64,000 nt of DNA from Geosiphon pyriformis uo1 (Eukaryota > Fungi > Glomeromycota): assembly GCA_016748015.1 (NCBI GenBank), contig JAAOMT010000664.1:628715-692714 (forward strand). The letters run 5' to 3'. Shown here piece after piece: positions 50,492 through 64,000 of the stretch. Below the pieces are notes generated by a model. It saw only the letters and a program-made list of their open reading frames with translations. It was not told where the DNA came from and ran no database searches. The translations under genes were made by a program, and so were the position numbers. Every line of letters begins with the position of its first letter. The stretch's first letter is position 1.

Positions 50492-53215
50492 TATAATATG
50501 GTTATTTTAGTTTTTCAATTCAAAATTTTAAATACTATAAAAAATATATATAATAATTATGTTAATACTATTTTTGAAAAATTTAATTAGAAATATATTT
50601 AAAAATTCGGAATTTTAATAAGAAAAAATATTTTATATTAAGAAAATATAATCTTAAATTTCCTAAAATTAATATGAAATTTTATTTATTAAATTGTTAA
50701 AAAAATTAAAATATTTACACTATATTTATTATATAATTAAAATTATTTTTTATTTTTATAATAATAATAACAACAACAACAACAAAAACAACAACAACAA
50801 TAATAATAATAATAATATATTTTTATTTCATACAGAATTTTTAAATTTTGATTTATATTTACTAATATGACTGAAAAATATATATACTTTGAATTTTTTG
50901 ATTTATTAATTATATAAATATCTAATCAATTTTTTTTAAGTAATCTTATTTTAATAATCTTTTCATTGTTTTTATCTGTATTAATTTAAGTAATTAGATT
51001 TAAATTAATCAACTGTGCACAAAATTTCAAAAAATTATTAATAAAAACTAAATAATAAACTCAACTTTTAGCTTTATTTTTAAAAGAACATGCTAAAAAA
51101 ATATAAAAAATATGAAATTGTTTATTAAAAAGTAAAAAACTTAATAATATAAAATATTATATTATTTATCAAAAAAAATTTTTATTGCTTATTTACATAT
51201 TTTTTAATTATATTTTTATTAAAAAAATCTTAACTATTTAAATAATTACTATCTTTTTTTGTGTTAATTTGAAATCATTTAAACTGCAAATATTATATTG
51301 AAAAAAATCAGAAACTACACCAAAAAAAGTGACAAAAAAGCTAACTATGTATATAAAGTTTTTTGAATTTAGCTTTTTTTATTAATAAAAAGTTTTTCAA
51401 TCAAAAACATTCTCTTTTTTATTCAATAGTCTGTTATTAAAAGCCATTCTAAATTATCTTAACAAATAAAATACTTTATAATAGAGTATTTATTATTGTA
51501 ATTTTTTTTAAATATTTATTTATAATTAATAAAATCTAATATAATTTTTTATTTTTTACCAGATTATTATATTGTTAAATTATTTTATTATAACAAACAA
51601 ATTATTAAGTTATAATAATAAAATTATTCAAATTTTAACTATTAAAAATAAACTTAATTAAATATTAATTTAGTTTTTAATACTATATCTAATATAAAAA
51701 TTATTTATTTGGCATAATATTATCAAATAATTAAAAATTAAATTATTTATTAAAATATTTTAATTATATTTATTTTATTTTTATTAATGTTATTAAATTT
51801 TATTTTAGCCTTAAAATTATTAAAATTATTAAAAAAATCAGTCAAAACAATAACAAAATCTTTAATAATACACTTTATAATAATTAAAATTTTTGTGTAT
51901 ATTTTTATTTAGAAAAAACATAATTAAAATAATCAAAAAATTAATTGATTTAACAACAAATTTAATTAAAATAACTAATTTAAAGATTTAAGATTCCAAA
52001 AATTTTAATCTAAAATTAATCACAAAATTAGTAATAAAAATAACCAAAAATACAATAATAATAAAAATTAGAATAACAAAAATGTTAATATACAATTTTA
52101 TACTAATAAAAAACAAATTAAAATTCTTAAAATTATTAATAAATTTAAAAAAAACCTAAAAATATATATATATATATATTTTACAATCTAAAGATAAATA
52201 ATTCAAACTTTAATATTTGTAATAACATTAATATTTAAGAGTTTTTATTAAATACAATACTTATACAAAATATTAATTCTTAAAACAACTGAATTTAAAA
52301 CTTCAAAAAAATTAAAAATTACAATAATAAAGTATTAATAATAATAAAAATTAAGAAAATAAAAAATAAAACATGTATAATTATTAATTTAAAAAATCAA
52401 ATTACTAATATTAAGCTAGATTAGCAAACAAAAATAATAACAACAAAAAAAAATTTCTTAAAATAAATAATAATAATATATTATTATAAATTAATAAATT
52501 TTAAATTAACTAAAATAATAACACCTAAAAATTTTTAATATTATTAAAAAATATGTCAAAAAAAACATTATAAAATACAATAAAAATAGAAAAAAAAACA
52601 AAAGTTATTACAAAAAATTTTGAAATTTTAAATATAATTAAAAACAAAAAATTATTAATAATAATTTTAGTAATAACAATTAAAAAAAACTTTAAAAACA
52701 AAATCTATAAAAAATAACTTAATATTGTTTTTTAAAACTGATTTAAGTTTAATAAAATCAAATAACAAATAAAACAAAAAATTATTCAAAATTAGTTTAT
52801 ATTTAAAAATAATACTAAGTATTAAAGTAAAAACTATTTACTTAAAAATTTTTAATAATTAAAAATTGTTTTTTAAGTATTATTAAAAACAATATTAAAA
52901 AACAGAAAAAAGTAATTAATTTAGTTTTTATTTAAATAATTTAATAAGTTAATTAATTAAAATATACTTAAAAAAATAATTTGTTTTGTTTTTAAAAATT
53001 AATTAGAAAATATTCTATATTAATAATATAATTAATAATTAATTTTAATTTATTTTAGAAAACATATTATTATTGTTATTGTTTATATTAAAAAAAAATT
53101 AATTATTACTAAAAATTATATATTAAGATCTTATTTAAAACTCCAAAAAAATTTGATATAATAATAATATACATAAATAATTTCTATTGTTTTTTAGATT
53201 TTTGGTTTTTTTAAT

Positions 53216-53228
<13 letters not shown>
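49200..53228. other. Extremely AT-rich region with short (TA)n, (TTA)n and (AAC/AAT)n runs; possibly fully decayed TE
   Basis: Composition only; no ORFs of 60 aa or more. Confidence 0.5.
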
Positions 53229-53250
<22 letters not shown>

Positions 53251-56186
53251 GGTTTAATGAGTGCAGTCCAACCACTACCTAATTACATAAACTAACAGGT
53301 TTTATATTAAGTGTGACTCATGCATTTTTCACACGTGACCAGCCATTTAAGCCAGTTAAGACAACACTACATACCAAAAATACCAGCCACAGAGAAATCA
53401 CATAGAAAACCAAACTGCACACTATTTAAGTGAGGATAGAGACCAAAACATGTATGTATATCTAACTTAATTCCAAAGTTATAAACCATGCTACAGAACC
53501 AAACTGAAAACAAACCAGTCACTAATAGAACAATGGATCCATTGTGCAGCAAAAGGCCATGCTTTTTATAATAGGCTCTCAGTTTGGCCCTTAGCAGCCA
53601 TATACTAGACCTGTGATTCTTAGCAAAATGATGAACCAGGTCAACCACCAGAGATCCACTATTTGATTCAATCTCCAAAAACCACTTTGTTTTAGCCACC
53701 CAGTCTTTAAACATGAAACCTTTGAACAAAGACATATACAGACTATTCGAGTCCATAGCTTTATGAAGTAAGCAAACTACCACACTACAGATGACATGTG
53801 CACCCACCAAAATTGTCCAATCCTTAATGGCTTCCAATATTAAGTCATTACGAGTGTTGACATTGAAAACACAAACAAATATGTGATCTGAATCTTCTAA
53901 AAGTCCATAATGAATACATAATACATTAAGATAACTTAAATTATATAATTTTTTTCTCTTGACCACAGGCAACTGATGGTGCAAGGCCTTTACGAAGTAC
54001 AAACTGAGCATCACAGAAGCAGAAATTGTGTAACTAGACTTAATTTGACCATCCATGTGCCACATGTTGAAAGTATGATGCTTGTCTATTAAGTCACTGA
54101 AAGATTCATCAACCATGTCACTTACATACCTGGATTTCCACCCAACAAGATTAACAGCTTCATAAAGTCTCCTGGTCATGTGACAAGCATTGCCAGAAAG
54201 AGTTCTGCCTTCTACACTGAGAAAGTGGTGCAATGTTTTGACAGGAAAAATAAAACTAGAACCAGTAACAGCACCGGCAAAAAAGTTAGCACATTTGTTG
54301 CCAATGATACTAGTATGGCCTTTTACCTTATTTCATGTAACCAAAAAATTTTTTGACAGAATAGTATCATAAATAAATTCACATTCCATCCAGCATTTTC
54401 TTCTAAAGTCTGGTTTGGTGCTTACTAAGATAGTCGCACATAAGTCCAATGAAGCTTGACTATCAGTAAACAACACTACTGAGCTATGATTAGGGATACA
54501 GTCCAAGACCAGAGTGATTGTCTGCATTTCTGCAAGTGTAGAAGACAGTAAACCAGGAACTCTAACACCAACACCCATGTCAGCATTAGGGAAATAAGTG
54601 GCAGCATCACCACTAGCACCAGAGGAATCAAAATCTCTAACCAAACTGTTGGTATAAACAGGTATAACATCAGAACCCACCTGGCTTAAATGATCCTTAA
54701 CATAACTAGTGTCATATGAAAAAAATTTGGAAGAGAGAAGATATGATGAGTCGTTACCACCAACCAGATCACCAGACTCAATAAATTCCACAAGAGAAAC
54801 AAACCAACCAAGCATCAGTCCCCTAGGATCCAACTTTTTCTATCTATGAAATGTATTCTATGTAAAACACCTGCCATGACAATTCAAAAGCTGGTTCACA
54901 TAGATTATTCCAAACTTTCTGAGCAAACCTACCATCTTCATGTAAATATTCAGTCTAAGGACGTCAGTAGCAGTGACTCCACTGCTCACATAAAACATGT
55001 TAGTCGTACTACTTCCTAAGGACAGGCCATAAGATGAAAGTGTGTTCATTATGCCAGCTAAAAAACAGTCCACAGGATTGCCTGGGAGCATCATCGGAAA
55101 ATTAAGAGGGTTTTGGAGCAGCCAACTAATGATCTATAGATCCATCACATGGTGTTCGAACAAGTCACTGAGTACACTCACAGAATTGGCAAAGGACACA
55201 AAATTGGCCAGTAAATTTTCAGCTAAGAGCTGCCTAAATGGCACTATGTTATATAAATTTGGGTAATAAAAAGCCTTTGTGAGAAAATCTTTAGGCAGGT
55301 TAGCCTTGAGTTTTAGATCTTTTCTTAACAACTTGTCCTATTTTTCATACACATTAATAGGAACATGACTAAATTGGAGCCTATAATTAATAATAGGCTG
55401 TAAAACAGCAGAAACTAGATACAGAAATTGTTTATTAGAAACTGTTTTCCTTAGAACCAAGTTTGTAAAAAACTTCAAGTCCAAATGTGCCTTAACAATA
55501 CTAGGGTAAAAAAGTTCCTCAGTTGATAAAAAAATGTCCAAGTATCTATAAGTCTCACATTTTTTCACTATTGTAATGTTCAATTCACTGATTACCAGTC
55601 AAGGATTGACAGCTTTTTTGTTGATTGGTATAGCCACTGTCTTATCTATATTGATCGAAATGTCATTAACACAAAAAAATTCACTAGCAATATTTAAAAT
55701 ACTTTGAGTAGCAGTCAAGCTGTTTCCAATTCAGATTGTATCATCCACAAAGGCTTCAGCAACCATAAAAAACATCTTGCTGGACCCAAAATCTGGTTTG
55801 CCAGTGTGCATAAAGAACCTGAATTCCATCTTATAGCCATATGCATATCCAAACTTCTTGACCTCGCAAAGTAAAGAATCATAAAAGATCCTCCACAGTA
55901 ATGGAGAAAAAACTTCTCCTTGGTCAAGTCCATTATAGACTGTGTATCTTGACATTAACACAAAATCCGTCATAACACAGTTTATCCAACCATTATGAAT
56001 ATTCTCAAAAAACTTAACAAAATAAGAACACATTTTGATCCTGTTCAGACTATTTTTCAAGTAATGCCATCCAACAGAGTTATACACTTTTCACATGTCC
56101 TGCAGCACCAATCATACTTTTCTGCTCTTTTCCAGAGCATTTTTGACCACCAAACCAACAGCAAAAATTGAAAAAAGAGTAGACAT
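53229..56186 (-). mobile_element. LINE1 3' portion: RT, RNase H, zinc finger, (TAA)n tail; interrupted by A3 at 56187
   Basis: LQDM*KVYNSV, GLDQGEVFSPLLW, AFVDD; RNase H motifs VYTNS, SSTLAEMQ, FTDSQASL; C..(C)....HIF.C; tail 53229-53250. Confidence 0.9.
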
Positions 56187-57166
56187 TGTTACCAAAAGTT
56201 TTTGGTCTCTTTTCTGTAATATTGTTGATGCCTGTTTGCTGTGAATTCACGTTTTCTGGATATGATTGAACCTCCAGTAACTGAATTTATCTTCAAATTA
56301 TCTTCTATAATTTGAACTGCTGGGCTTATAAGTGGAATGGCCAATTCTGTGCCAGTTATTTTATGTAGTTACATTGTAGTAAATGTTAACTCTTTCCTAA
56401 GAATTGCTCATCTGGAAGCTCACTAAAATGTGTAGTTACTTTGCTGTGAAAATCAACTCTTCTACAAGAATCTCGTCTGTAGACTATCTTAATGATTATG
56501 ATAAGAAAATAAAAGAAAGAAAATAAAAATGTAAAAGAAATAGAATTCTGTCAAGGGAAACGTTTTTTATCCAGATCTGGAGTCACTAACAGTTTACTGA
56601 AATTGGTAGCTAATCAATTTCAAAACGTTAGTTGGGTTTTGAGGATTTTCCAAATGCAATAATTAAAAAATTTGGTTTTTCGAATTATTTAATATTTATT
56701 TCTTTTTGTGTGTGTAGGAATGGTTCTAAGTGATAAATCTAAAGTAAGATACATTTTTTCAAAGAGAGAAGCTTTTCTTTTATACAACTTGTTGTAACAC
56801 TATTTTATGAACTTGAACTTTGCTATTTTTTATAATTTTGCTGAACTAAAGATACATTTTGGCAAACTACAAGTTATTTCTGCAAACTATTAGATATTTT
56901 GGTAAACTATCAATTATTTTAGCGAATTTCTTACAAATTTTGGCAAACTTTTTGAATGTTACATAGTTCAGGGTATTGCATGATTGATCATTACAATTAG
57001 ATTACATTTGTGTTATATACAAATTGGGTTATTAATTAAATGATAATTTCAGATATTTTGCTAATGTAATAAGTGATAATTTGAAATGATAATATATGCT
57101 AATTAATGATAAGATTTATAAAAGTAATTTTATGCTAAACAATATCTCTAATTTTATCTGGTAACA
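56187..57166 (-). repeat. A3 3' LTR (980 bp)
   Basis: TGTTACC...GGTAACA; PPT at 57170-57180. Confidence 0.95.
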
Positions 57167-57854
57167 TAACCTCCTCCTCAAGACTGAGCTCCATTGAAGT
57201 CCAAGTACTGTCTGTAATTTCCAAATAATAATCCAAAATTATTGAAGAAATTTGGTCTGAAAATTGTTGAAATTTCAGTTCTGTGAGCTTTTCAATGTAT
57301 TGAATCTTCAAAGGCTGTAAAATTGGGTTTTGTAGAACGTTTTCACAGGTGTGGAATAGGTCATAAAGTCTAAGAGCAGCTCTTAGTTTATAATGACTGT
57401 TTGTAGGTTCAGCTGTTGTCTTGAATTTGTTGTGAAGTTGTTTCCAAATAGCTTTTTTTGTGAGGTTTGCTGCTATAAGCTCCTGTTTTCATTCATGAAG
57501 TGTTTTTCCAATGTAGAAATATCTATATATTGGAATATAGTTGTAGTTTTCTTCGTTAAGACACAGTTGAAGTTTTTGTTGAATAGTAGTATTTGGTGAA
57601 ATACTAATAGGAGTGAGCATTAAGTTTTCTCTTAAAGCAAGCTTTAAAAGTTCTGGCAGATGAATTCCAGAATAACTTCTTGTATTCTTCTTATATGAGT
57701 GATATTTTTGTGCATTTGGGGCTAAATTTGTAACTACTTTTGTTTGGGTATAATTAATGTGGTTTCTAGTAACAGTAATAGATAATTTGGGTATTGTTTT
57801 TAAAGTTAACATTTGTTTTTGGGATAATTGTTGAATGTTTTGAGGAATAGTCAT
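57135..57854 (-). pseudogene. A3 ORF3 (239 codons, one internal TGA), reads through the PPT into the LTR
   Basis: ORF 57489..57854 continues in frame to ..LEEEVMLPDKIRDIV*. Homolog in A2 (16723..17209). Confidence 0.8.
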
Positions 57855-57976
57855 TATAAGAGATTTGAAAATAAAAGAAAATTATTTTTGGTATATGGGT
57901 TTTTATGTTATTTTTGTTTTGTTTTTGTGAGATTGTTTCTAAATTATAAGGAGATAACTATAATAATAAATTTAAA

Positions 57977-59336
57977 TTAAGTGTTTAAGTTGGGAGGTTG
58001 TTCAATGACAACTATTGGTTTTAAATTTTGGAGAATATCTTCGGGATTGATTAAAGGAGAATGTGTACCAATTTGTGGAATTATAGTGTTTCAAACAATC
58101 TTCATGTGCAACTTTTGCTAGGATTTTGTCATCAAGTCTTAGTTTGTATGATTCATTGCCTAGGACTTCATGGATAAAGAATAGTCCATCCTATTTATTT
58201 TCAAATTTTCCACTCTATTGTTTTTTAGCTTTAGTTTTGTGTAAGAGAACTTTGTTTTTGATTTTAAATCCATTGGTAATTGGAGGCAATTTGTTATCAT
58301 GCCATTCTTTTTGTTGAGCTTGTGAGTGTTTAATATGGGTGGCTGCTATTCATCATTTTCTTTCCAACATGCTAAGCAGAGTATAGGCTCTTTGTTGTAG
58401 TGTTTCCTAGAAAGTGTTTTTATCGATTGGTTGTGCTGGGTATGTTTCTACTGTGAAACTAATTGGTAATATTGCTGTTCTTCTATAAGTTAAATCAAAT
58501 AGTGTGTGTTTTGTGGTATCTTGTTTTAGTGTTCTATATGCTAATAACACTGATGGAATAAAAAGATCCCATTCTTGCTCAAAATTGGTTGAGACTTTGG
58601 CTAATGATTCACACAATATTCTGTTGAAATGTTCTATAAGTTCATTTGTTTGTAGATGGTAAGGCGAAGATAATAGTCTTTTGACATTAAATTGTCCACA
58701 AATTTCCTGGATTAAATTGTTCATGAAATGTGTTCCTTGATCAGATAAAAGTTCTATTGGGCATTCATGTCTACAAATAATGTCTTTGTAGATGAAGTTT
58801 GCTACTGATTTTGCATTTGTTCATTGAATGGCTCTGGCTTCGGGCCATTTGGTGAGATAGTCTACAGCTACTGCAATATAATGGTTTCCTTGGTTTGTGA
58901 TAGGAAGTGGTTTGACTAAATTGATACCAACTCAGTCAAAAGGCTGTCCAACTTTGATTGGGTTTAAAGGTTTTGTAGAACAAGTTCCTCCTTTTCTTTG
59001 ACAACTATTACAAGACTTAACATATTCATAAATGTCTTTTCTCATTTGAGACCAAAAATAATATTCTAGTGTTCTCTGAGTGGTGCTGTCTTTTCCTAGG
59101 TGTGCTGATAAAAAGTCTGAGTGCATGTTATATAAAATGGTTTTTTTTTCATGTTCTTGTATTAATCTGAGTGGACTGTCTGGGTTTCTGAAGTTTTGAT
59201 AATAAATAATGTTGTTGTGTAAGAAGTATTGTTTGGCTTGTTGTTGTAACCAATGTTTTTCATCTGGGGACCAATCTGTTGAGATTGTTAATGTCTTCAA
59301 ATATTATTTAAAATTGTTGTAGTTTTCAGAGTTCAT
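57977..59336 (-). pseudogene. A3 integrase, separate ORF (MNSENY...)
   Basis: ORFs 58932..59300 and 58407..58724; C-terminus PIVVIEQPPNLNT* after a small deletion. Confidence 0.9.
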
Positions 59337-59382
59337 TGTTTGTTGTTTTGTTGTTAATTCAAATGGGTGTTGGTTTTGTATT

Positions 59383-62300
59383 CTAATCTTGCTTCATTCT
59401 TGAGAGACAATCAACATTGGTGTGGAGTTTTCCTGGTTTGTGGTGTACAATGTATCAGTAGTTGGCTAAAAATCCTGTCCATCAGGTTTGTTTTGCATTT
59501 AGCTGAGTGTTTTTGTTCTGAAGCCATTTGAGTCCAATATTATTAGTGATAATATCGAATTCTTTAGGTCTGAGATAAAGGTTGAAGTGGTGTAGGGCCC
59601 AAATTACAGCTGCTGTTTCTAGTTCTGTGGCAGAGTAGTTTTTCTTTGCTGGTTTTAATGTTCTGCTAGCATAAGCGATTACTCGCTCATTTCCGTTGTC
59701 ATCTAATTGTGATAAGATGGCACCAAAGGCAGTGTAAGAAGCATCTGTAGCTAGTCAAAATCGGTTACTGAAGTCTGGATAGGCTAGAATTGGAGCTGTT
59801 GTCAGCTTTTTCTTGAGAATTTCAAAAGCTTTTTGGTGTTCTTCCGTCTATTTGTATTCAACGTTTTTAGTGAGCTGGTTGAGAGGTTTTGCAATTTCTG
59901 AGAATCATTTAATAAATTTTCGGTAATAGAAAGCTAATCCAATAAATCCTCTCAATTCTGTGGTATTTTGTAGAGTCTTGAAGTTCTTAACAGTGCTGAT
60001 TTTTCCAGGTTCTGGTTTAATTTCATCTTTGCTTACAATGTGGCCAAGAAAGGCCAAACTCGTTTTTCCAAAGTAGCATTTTTTGATGTTTAGTTTCAAT
60101 CCTGCTTTTCATAATCATTGAAAAACTTCTTACAGGTGTTTTAAGTATAATTCAAAAGATGGTGAATAAACATTAGTATTATCGAGATAGACAACTACTG
60201 ATTTTTAAAGGAGGCCTTTGTAAACAACATCCATGAGTCTTTGGAATGTTGCTGATGCATTGCATAATCCGAAAGGCATTATGTTAAATTCATAATTTCC
60301 TCTTTGAGTGGTGAATGCTGTTTTGGAGCAATCTTTGGGATCCATGGCAACTTGCCAATATCCGCTTTCTAGATCTAGTGTTGAAAAGTATTTGGATTTT
60401 CCAAGGGCATCTAACATGTCATCAATTTGGGGAAAAGGGTAGGCATTTCCAATGGTGACACTGTTGAGTTGTCAATAATCAACACAAAATCATATCTTTC
60501 TATTTTTCTTTTTAACTAGGACCACAGATGAGGTCCATGGACTCATTAATAGTTGAATAAGACCATTGTTAAGCATCCATTGCACTTCTTTTTGGATAAA
60601 TTGGTGACTTTCTGAGACAACTCGGTAGGAAGACAACAATTAAATCTCTGTTCATTATACAAAATGTGTTTTTTAGTTATATAATTTTTAAAATAGTAAT
60701 TTGATTTTTCTATCCATCTCAAAATTTTTTCTTTTTTCTTGGTTTGGCATCTCCTGTATAGATTTGGTGTTGAACCAAATTGGTTCTTCCTAATTCATTG
60801 TTGTTTTTAGCAAAGATATCAGCAAATTCTGCAATTAACTCTTTGAGCTGGCTCTGTTGTTGTGGTTCAAGTTGTCCCATGTTGATTTAAGATAGTTTTT
60901 CCATGACAACATGGTAGTTTTCAGAACTGGGATTTGGGTTGATTTTTAGTAGTGAATGTTCAATGATTTCTGAGAAATTGGGAACTGTCTGAGGTAATTC
61001 TTGTTGAAAGATATTACTGTAAATGACTCCAATTTCTAAGTTATTTAATAAAACTATGAGATAATTGTTGGGATTGTAAAAAATAACTCAGATTTTCTTT
61101 GTTCCTTCTAGAATATAAATGTTTAGGATCGAGATATTATGTTTCAAGCAAACTTGTTCGTTGGATTCAAAAATTTGTTGTGTGGTTGTTGACTTTGGGC
61201 AGGTGTAAATTTCCGGATGTTCTTTAAAGGGTGAAATAGTAATTGGTTATAGGAGTCGTAAAATCTGATGAAATTCATTCTGTTCATTAAGAGCTATGTT
61301 TACTGGAACTGTGAATTGTCCAGTTGAACCAAAACCTTTGGTTCCTCTTTCACTCTTTTCCAATTGTTCTCTTTGACTGACTAATTGTAAACCCGAAATG
61401 TTGATTAAAGGTAAATAAATAGCTTGAGCAATTTTTTTGACATGTTCAATCTGAAAAGGTTTATTGGTTTCATTTTGTAACATGATTGTAATGTCTTCTG
61501 TATATCCTGCATCTATGATTTCTCCTCTAACATTAATTCCTTTGCTTGCCAATAATGATCGTGAAGTGATTTAGACCATTGCTCCTAGTGAGATTTTGAG
61601 AGCAATTTTGAGGTTGATTTTTGTGAGCAATTTAGGTTTGAAAGTAAGGGTATCTTTTCCTGGATATCTTAAATCATATTCAGCATCAATTTTGTGGGCT
61701 TTTTCAGACTTTATTCCTTGTCTATTGTTGTTGAAGTATTTGAGTTGTGAAGCAGGCTGATTTTCGATGAGATAGACAAGTGTGGCTTCTATTTTTTCTG
61801 TTGCTTTAGGTTCTCCAAATTCAATTTCATATTCATCACTTTTACTGGACAAGAGAATGCTAAAAGTGTAGCATTCAGGACACTATTGTTCATTGCAAGG
61901 CATTATGCATTCCTCACATAATTTAATGTTCATTTGCTTTAGCTATTGAGCTTGAGCTTCTTTGGTCGGGTAAGTGTGACTGGCAATTTGGTGATATACT
62001 TCTACTTTATCTTCATAGTTGTATCCAGCGATTTCAAAGGTATATGCAATGTATTCTGATTCTTTCATTTGACGAACATTTTCTTGAGTGGCTCTGTTGA
62101 TTAAAGCTATTGCTAAATCGAAAATCATTTCAGCATCATAAGGGTAATAGTACAGTTTGTTGAAAGTGCTATTGTAAGCAGTATTAAAAGGTGTTCCTTT
62201 TTTGACTTTTTCTGAAATTGATAAAACATATTGACAGGTTTGATCGCAGACTCCTCCTTTCATTGCAACATCAATCCAATTGTATTCTTCTGGTAGCATA

Positions 62301-64000
62301 TCTCCACAAGTCAAACAAGGAGTGTTGTCCTATTTTCTACTTCTTTTTATTAGGTGGTCCCATTATTCTCTGTGGCAAGCCTTGCAGTAATAACAAGTAT
62401 GATTTTCATATTCTTCTTCAGGTAAAATGCAGGCTCTCATTGATGAAAGTTTCTTGTGGCAATCTTTGCATTTGAGTGGAATGTAAGGGCATTGTTTTCG
62501 TGGTTCTGGTTTTGAATAGGGGACATTCCATCCAGGTGTTACTGGTTCTTTTGTTTCAAGAGAATCGTATGTTGAAAAATACTGTTGTTCAGTTTCATCA
62601 GCCCAATTGGAGGTTGATCCAAGTGCCATAAATGTTTCAATGATGGGTTTTTCTTCTTCCAGTTTGAATTCAAAAGCCGGGGCTTTTTCGGAGTGTTTGT
62701 TGAATGTACTACAAGTGGCAAGTACTCGGGCATGTTGTCCTTGGTAGGAGATTGTTAACTCTTGTGTCTTCCAATTTAGATTAGCATTGGCTTTTTGGAG
62801 CCAATTGTTTCTGATGAGAGCTTGGTATTGGGGAGCATCCATGACCAGAACTTTGACTAGAATAGTAATTTCGTCAATTGTGAATGGGAAGTTGTCAATC
62901 TTTCCTACTGGAGTTTTTTTCATGCCATTAGCAGTGACAATAATTGTCTGAGCTGGTTGGTTAATGTTTCTTTTTAGCTGTTGCATCAATTGATATGTGA
63001 TGATGCTTCCAGTGGATCTACTGTCTAGGATCAAGTGAATTGGCTTTCTTTCTACTTCAGCTTCTGTGTACATTGCAGTGATGGCTTTTTGCTTATTAGT
63101 CGTTGCATTGCTAAGCAAGAATGGTGATTCATTTGCTTCAAATTCAAAAGGAAATATATCTGAAAGGTTGGTATTTTCAACAATTCTGGCTGGTGAGATT
63201 ATGGTAGGAGTATAAAAAGAGTTTTGTTATTGTGCTGCAGCTCTACCTTCTGAAAGTGCAATATGGTGAAAATCCTGTTCTTCTGGCATCGTAAGATAAC
63301 TAGATTGAGTATGATAGTGGTTGGGTCTTGGTTGAACTGAATTTTGGGAAACCAATTGGTTGTTCGAATTGATTCTATTGTTGTTTACTTGGTATTGGTT
63401 TTGTGGTGTGAATTGATTTTGCGGAATCAATTTTCGAGCAGGTACTTAATAATGTTGTGTGAATGGTTGTTGGTATTGCTGTTGGATTGGCTGTGGAGCA
63501 GGCTGATAATAGTTACTTTGGTATTGGGGTCTTGGTGGATAGTAAGCTGGTAGTGATAGTTGATAATAAGATTGTTGTGGTAAAGGGTAACGTTGATTAC
63601 TCCTATTTTGTTGGTTTCATTGTAGCTTTCTGCAATCTCTTTTCCAGTGGCCAGGGATTCTACAGTAATAGCAATTCTGAGGCTGGTTATTAGAAAGTGG
63701 TGCAAAGTTATTTTGATTTCATCTTTGTGGGGATTGGTATCTTTGTGTTTGTTGTGATTGCTGTGGCTGCTGTTGTTGCTGTTGGTTGGTGAAGTAGTGT
63801 TTAACTTTCTTGGTTAATTGGTCAATCTTTTCTTCAGCTGCTGAGCTGGTTTCTCCAATAACCAAGTTAACAAGTTTGGTACGGTTGGCTTCTTCCATGG
63901 CCATTTCATAGTTTTTTGCCTGTTGAATAGCAGTGGCTAAATCTTCTGGTGCATGTGGGCAAACTTTCTTAATCAGTTTATCCTTTAAACCAGCAATAAA
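59383..64000 (-). pseudogene. gag-pol: A3 gag-pol (CCHC, protease, Cys-rich domain, dUTPase ~61320-61750, RT, RNase H), ends SRMKQD*
   Basis: ORFs starting 63904 to 61552 are all in one frame; motifs as in A1. Confidence 0.92.

Larger units (their letters stand above)
56187..64000 (-). mobile_element. Gypsy family A copy A3 (5' part runs off the right edge)
   Basis: 3' LTR 56187-57166, PPT TGAGGAGGAGG, collinear with A1. Confidence 0.95.

Noticed and set aside
57135-57854. ORF3 as env or chromodomain
   Set aside because: No signal peptide, TM helix or chromodomain aromatic-cage motif visible.

Overview
Very AT-rich, almost entirely transposon-derived eukaryotic DNA. The TE types and a tyrosine-kinase-like (TKL) kinase remnant are consistent with a Glomeromycotina/Mucoromycota fungus (inference). 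The window is a nest of decayed retroelements. Ty3/Gypsy family A (dUTPase-bearing) has 3 copies: A1 <1-7902 (-), A2 7903-18299 (+), A3 56187->64000 (-). Gypsy family B has 3 copies: B0 18300-26934 (+), B1 28105-35860 (-), B2 36760-44908 (-). There are also three unrelated solo-LTR-like inserts with 4-bp target-site duplications (TSDs), two LINE ORF2 fragments (one with RT and RNase H), two ORF1-only 'half-LINE' elements, microsatellites and one host kinase fragment. All TE coding regions are pseudogenised by C>T/G>A transitions. Most notable: (i) both Gypsy families share an unusual three-unit layout, in which gag-pol stops right after RNase H, integrase is a separate ORF with its own ATG, and a homologous ~220-240 aa ORF3 of unknown function reads through the PPT into the 3' LTR; (ii) family B U5 carries split, structured complements of the anticodon arm of its probable primer, elongator tRNA-Met; (iii) an ORF1-only non-autonomous LINE shares its 3' end with an ORF2-encoding LINE. 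All alignments were done by eye; no database searches were run.
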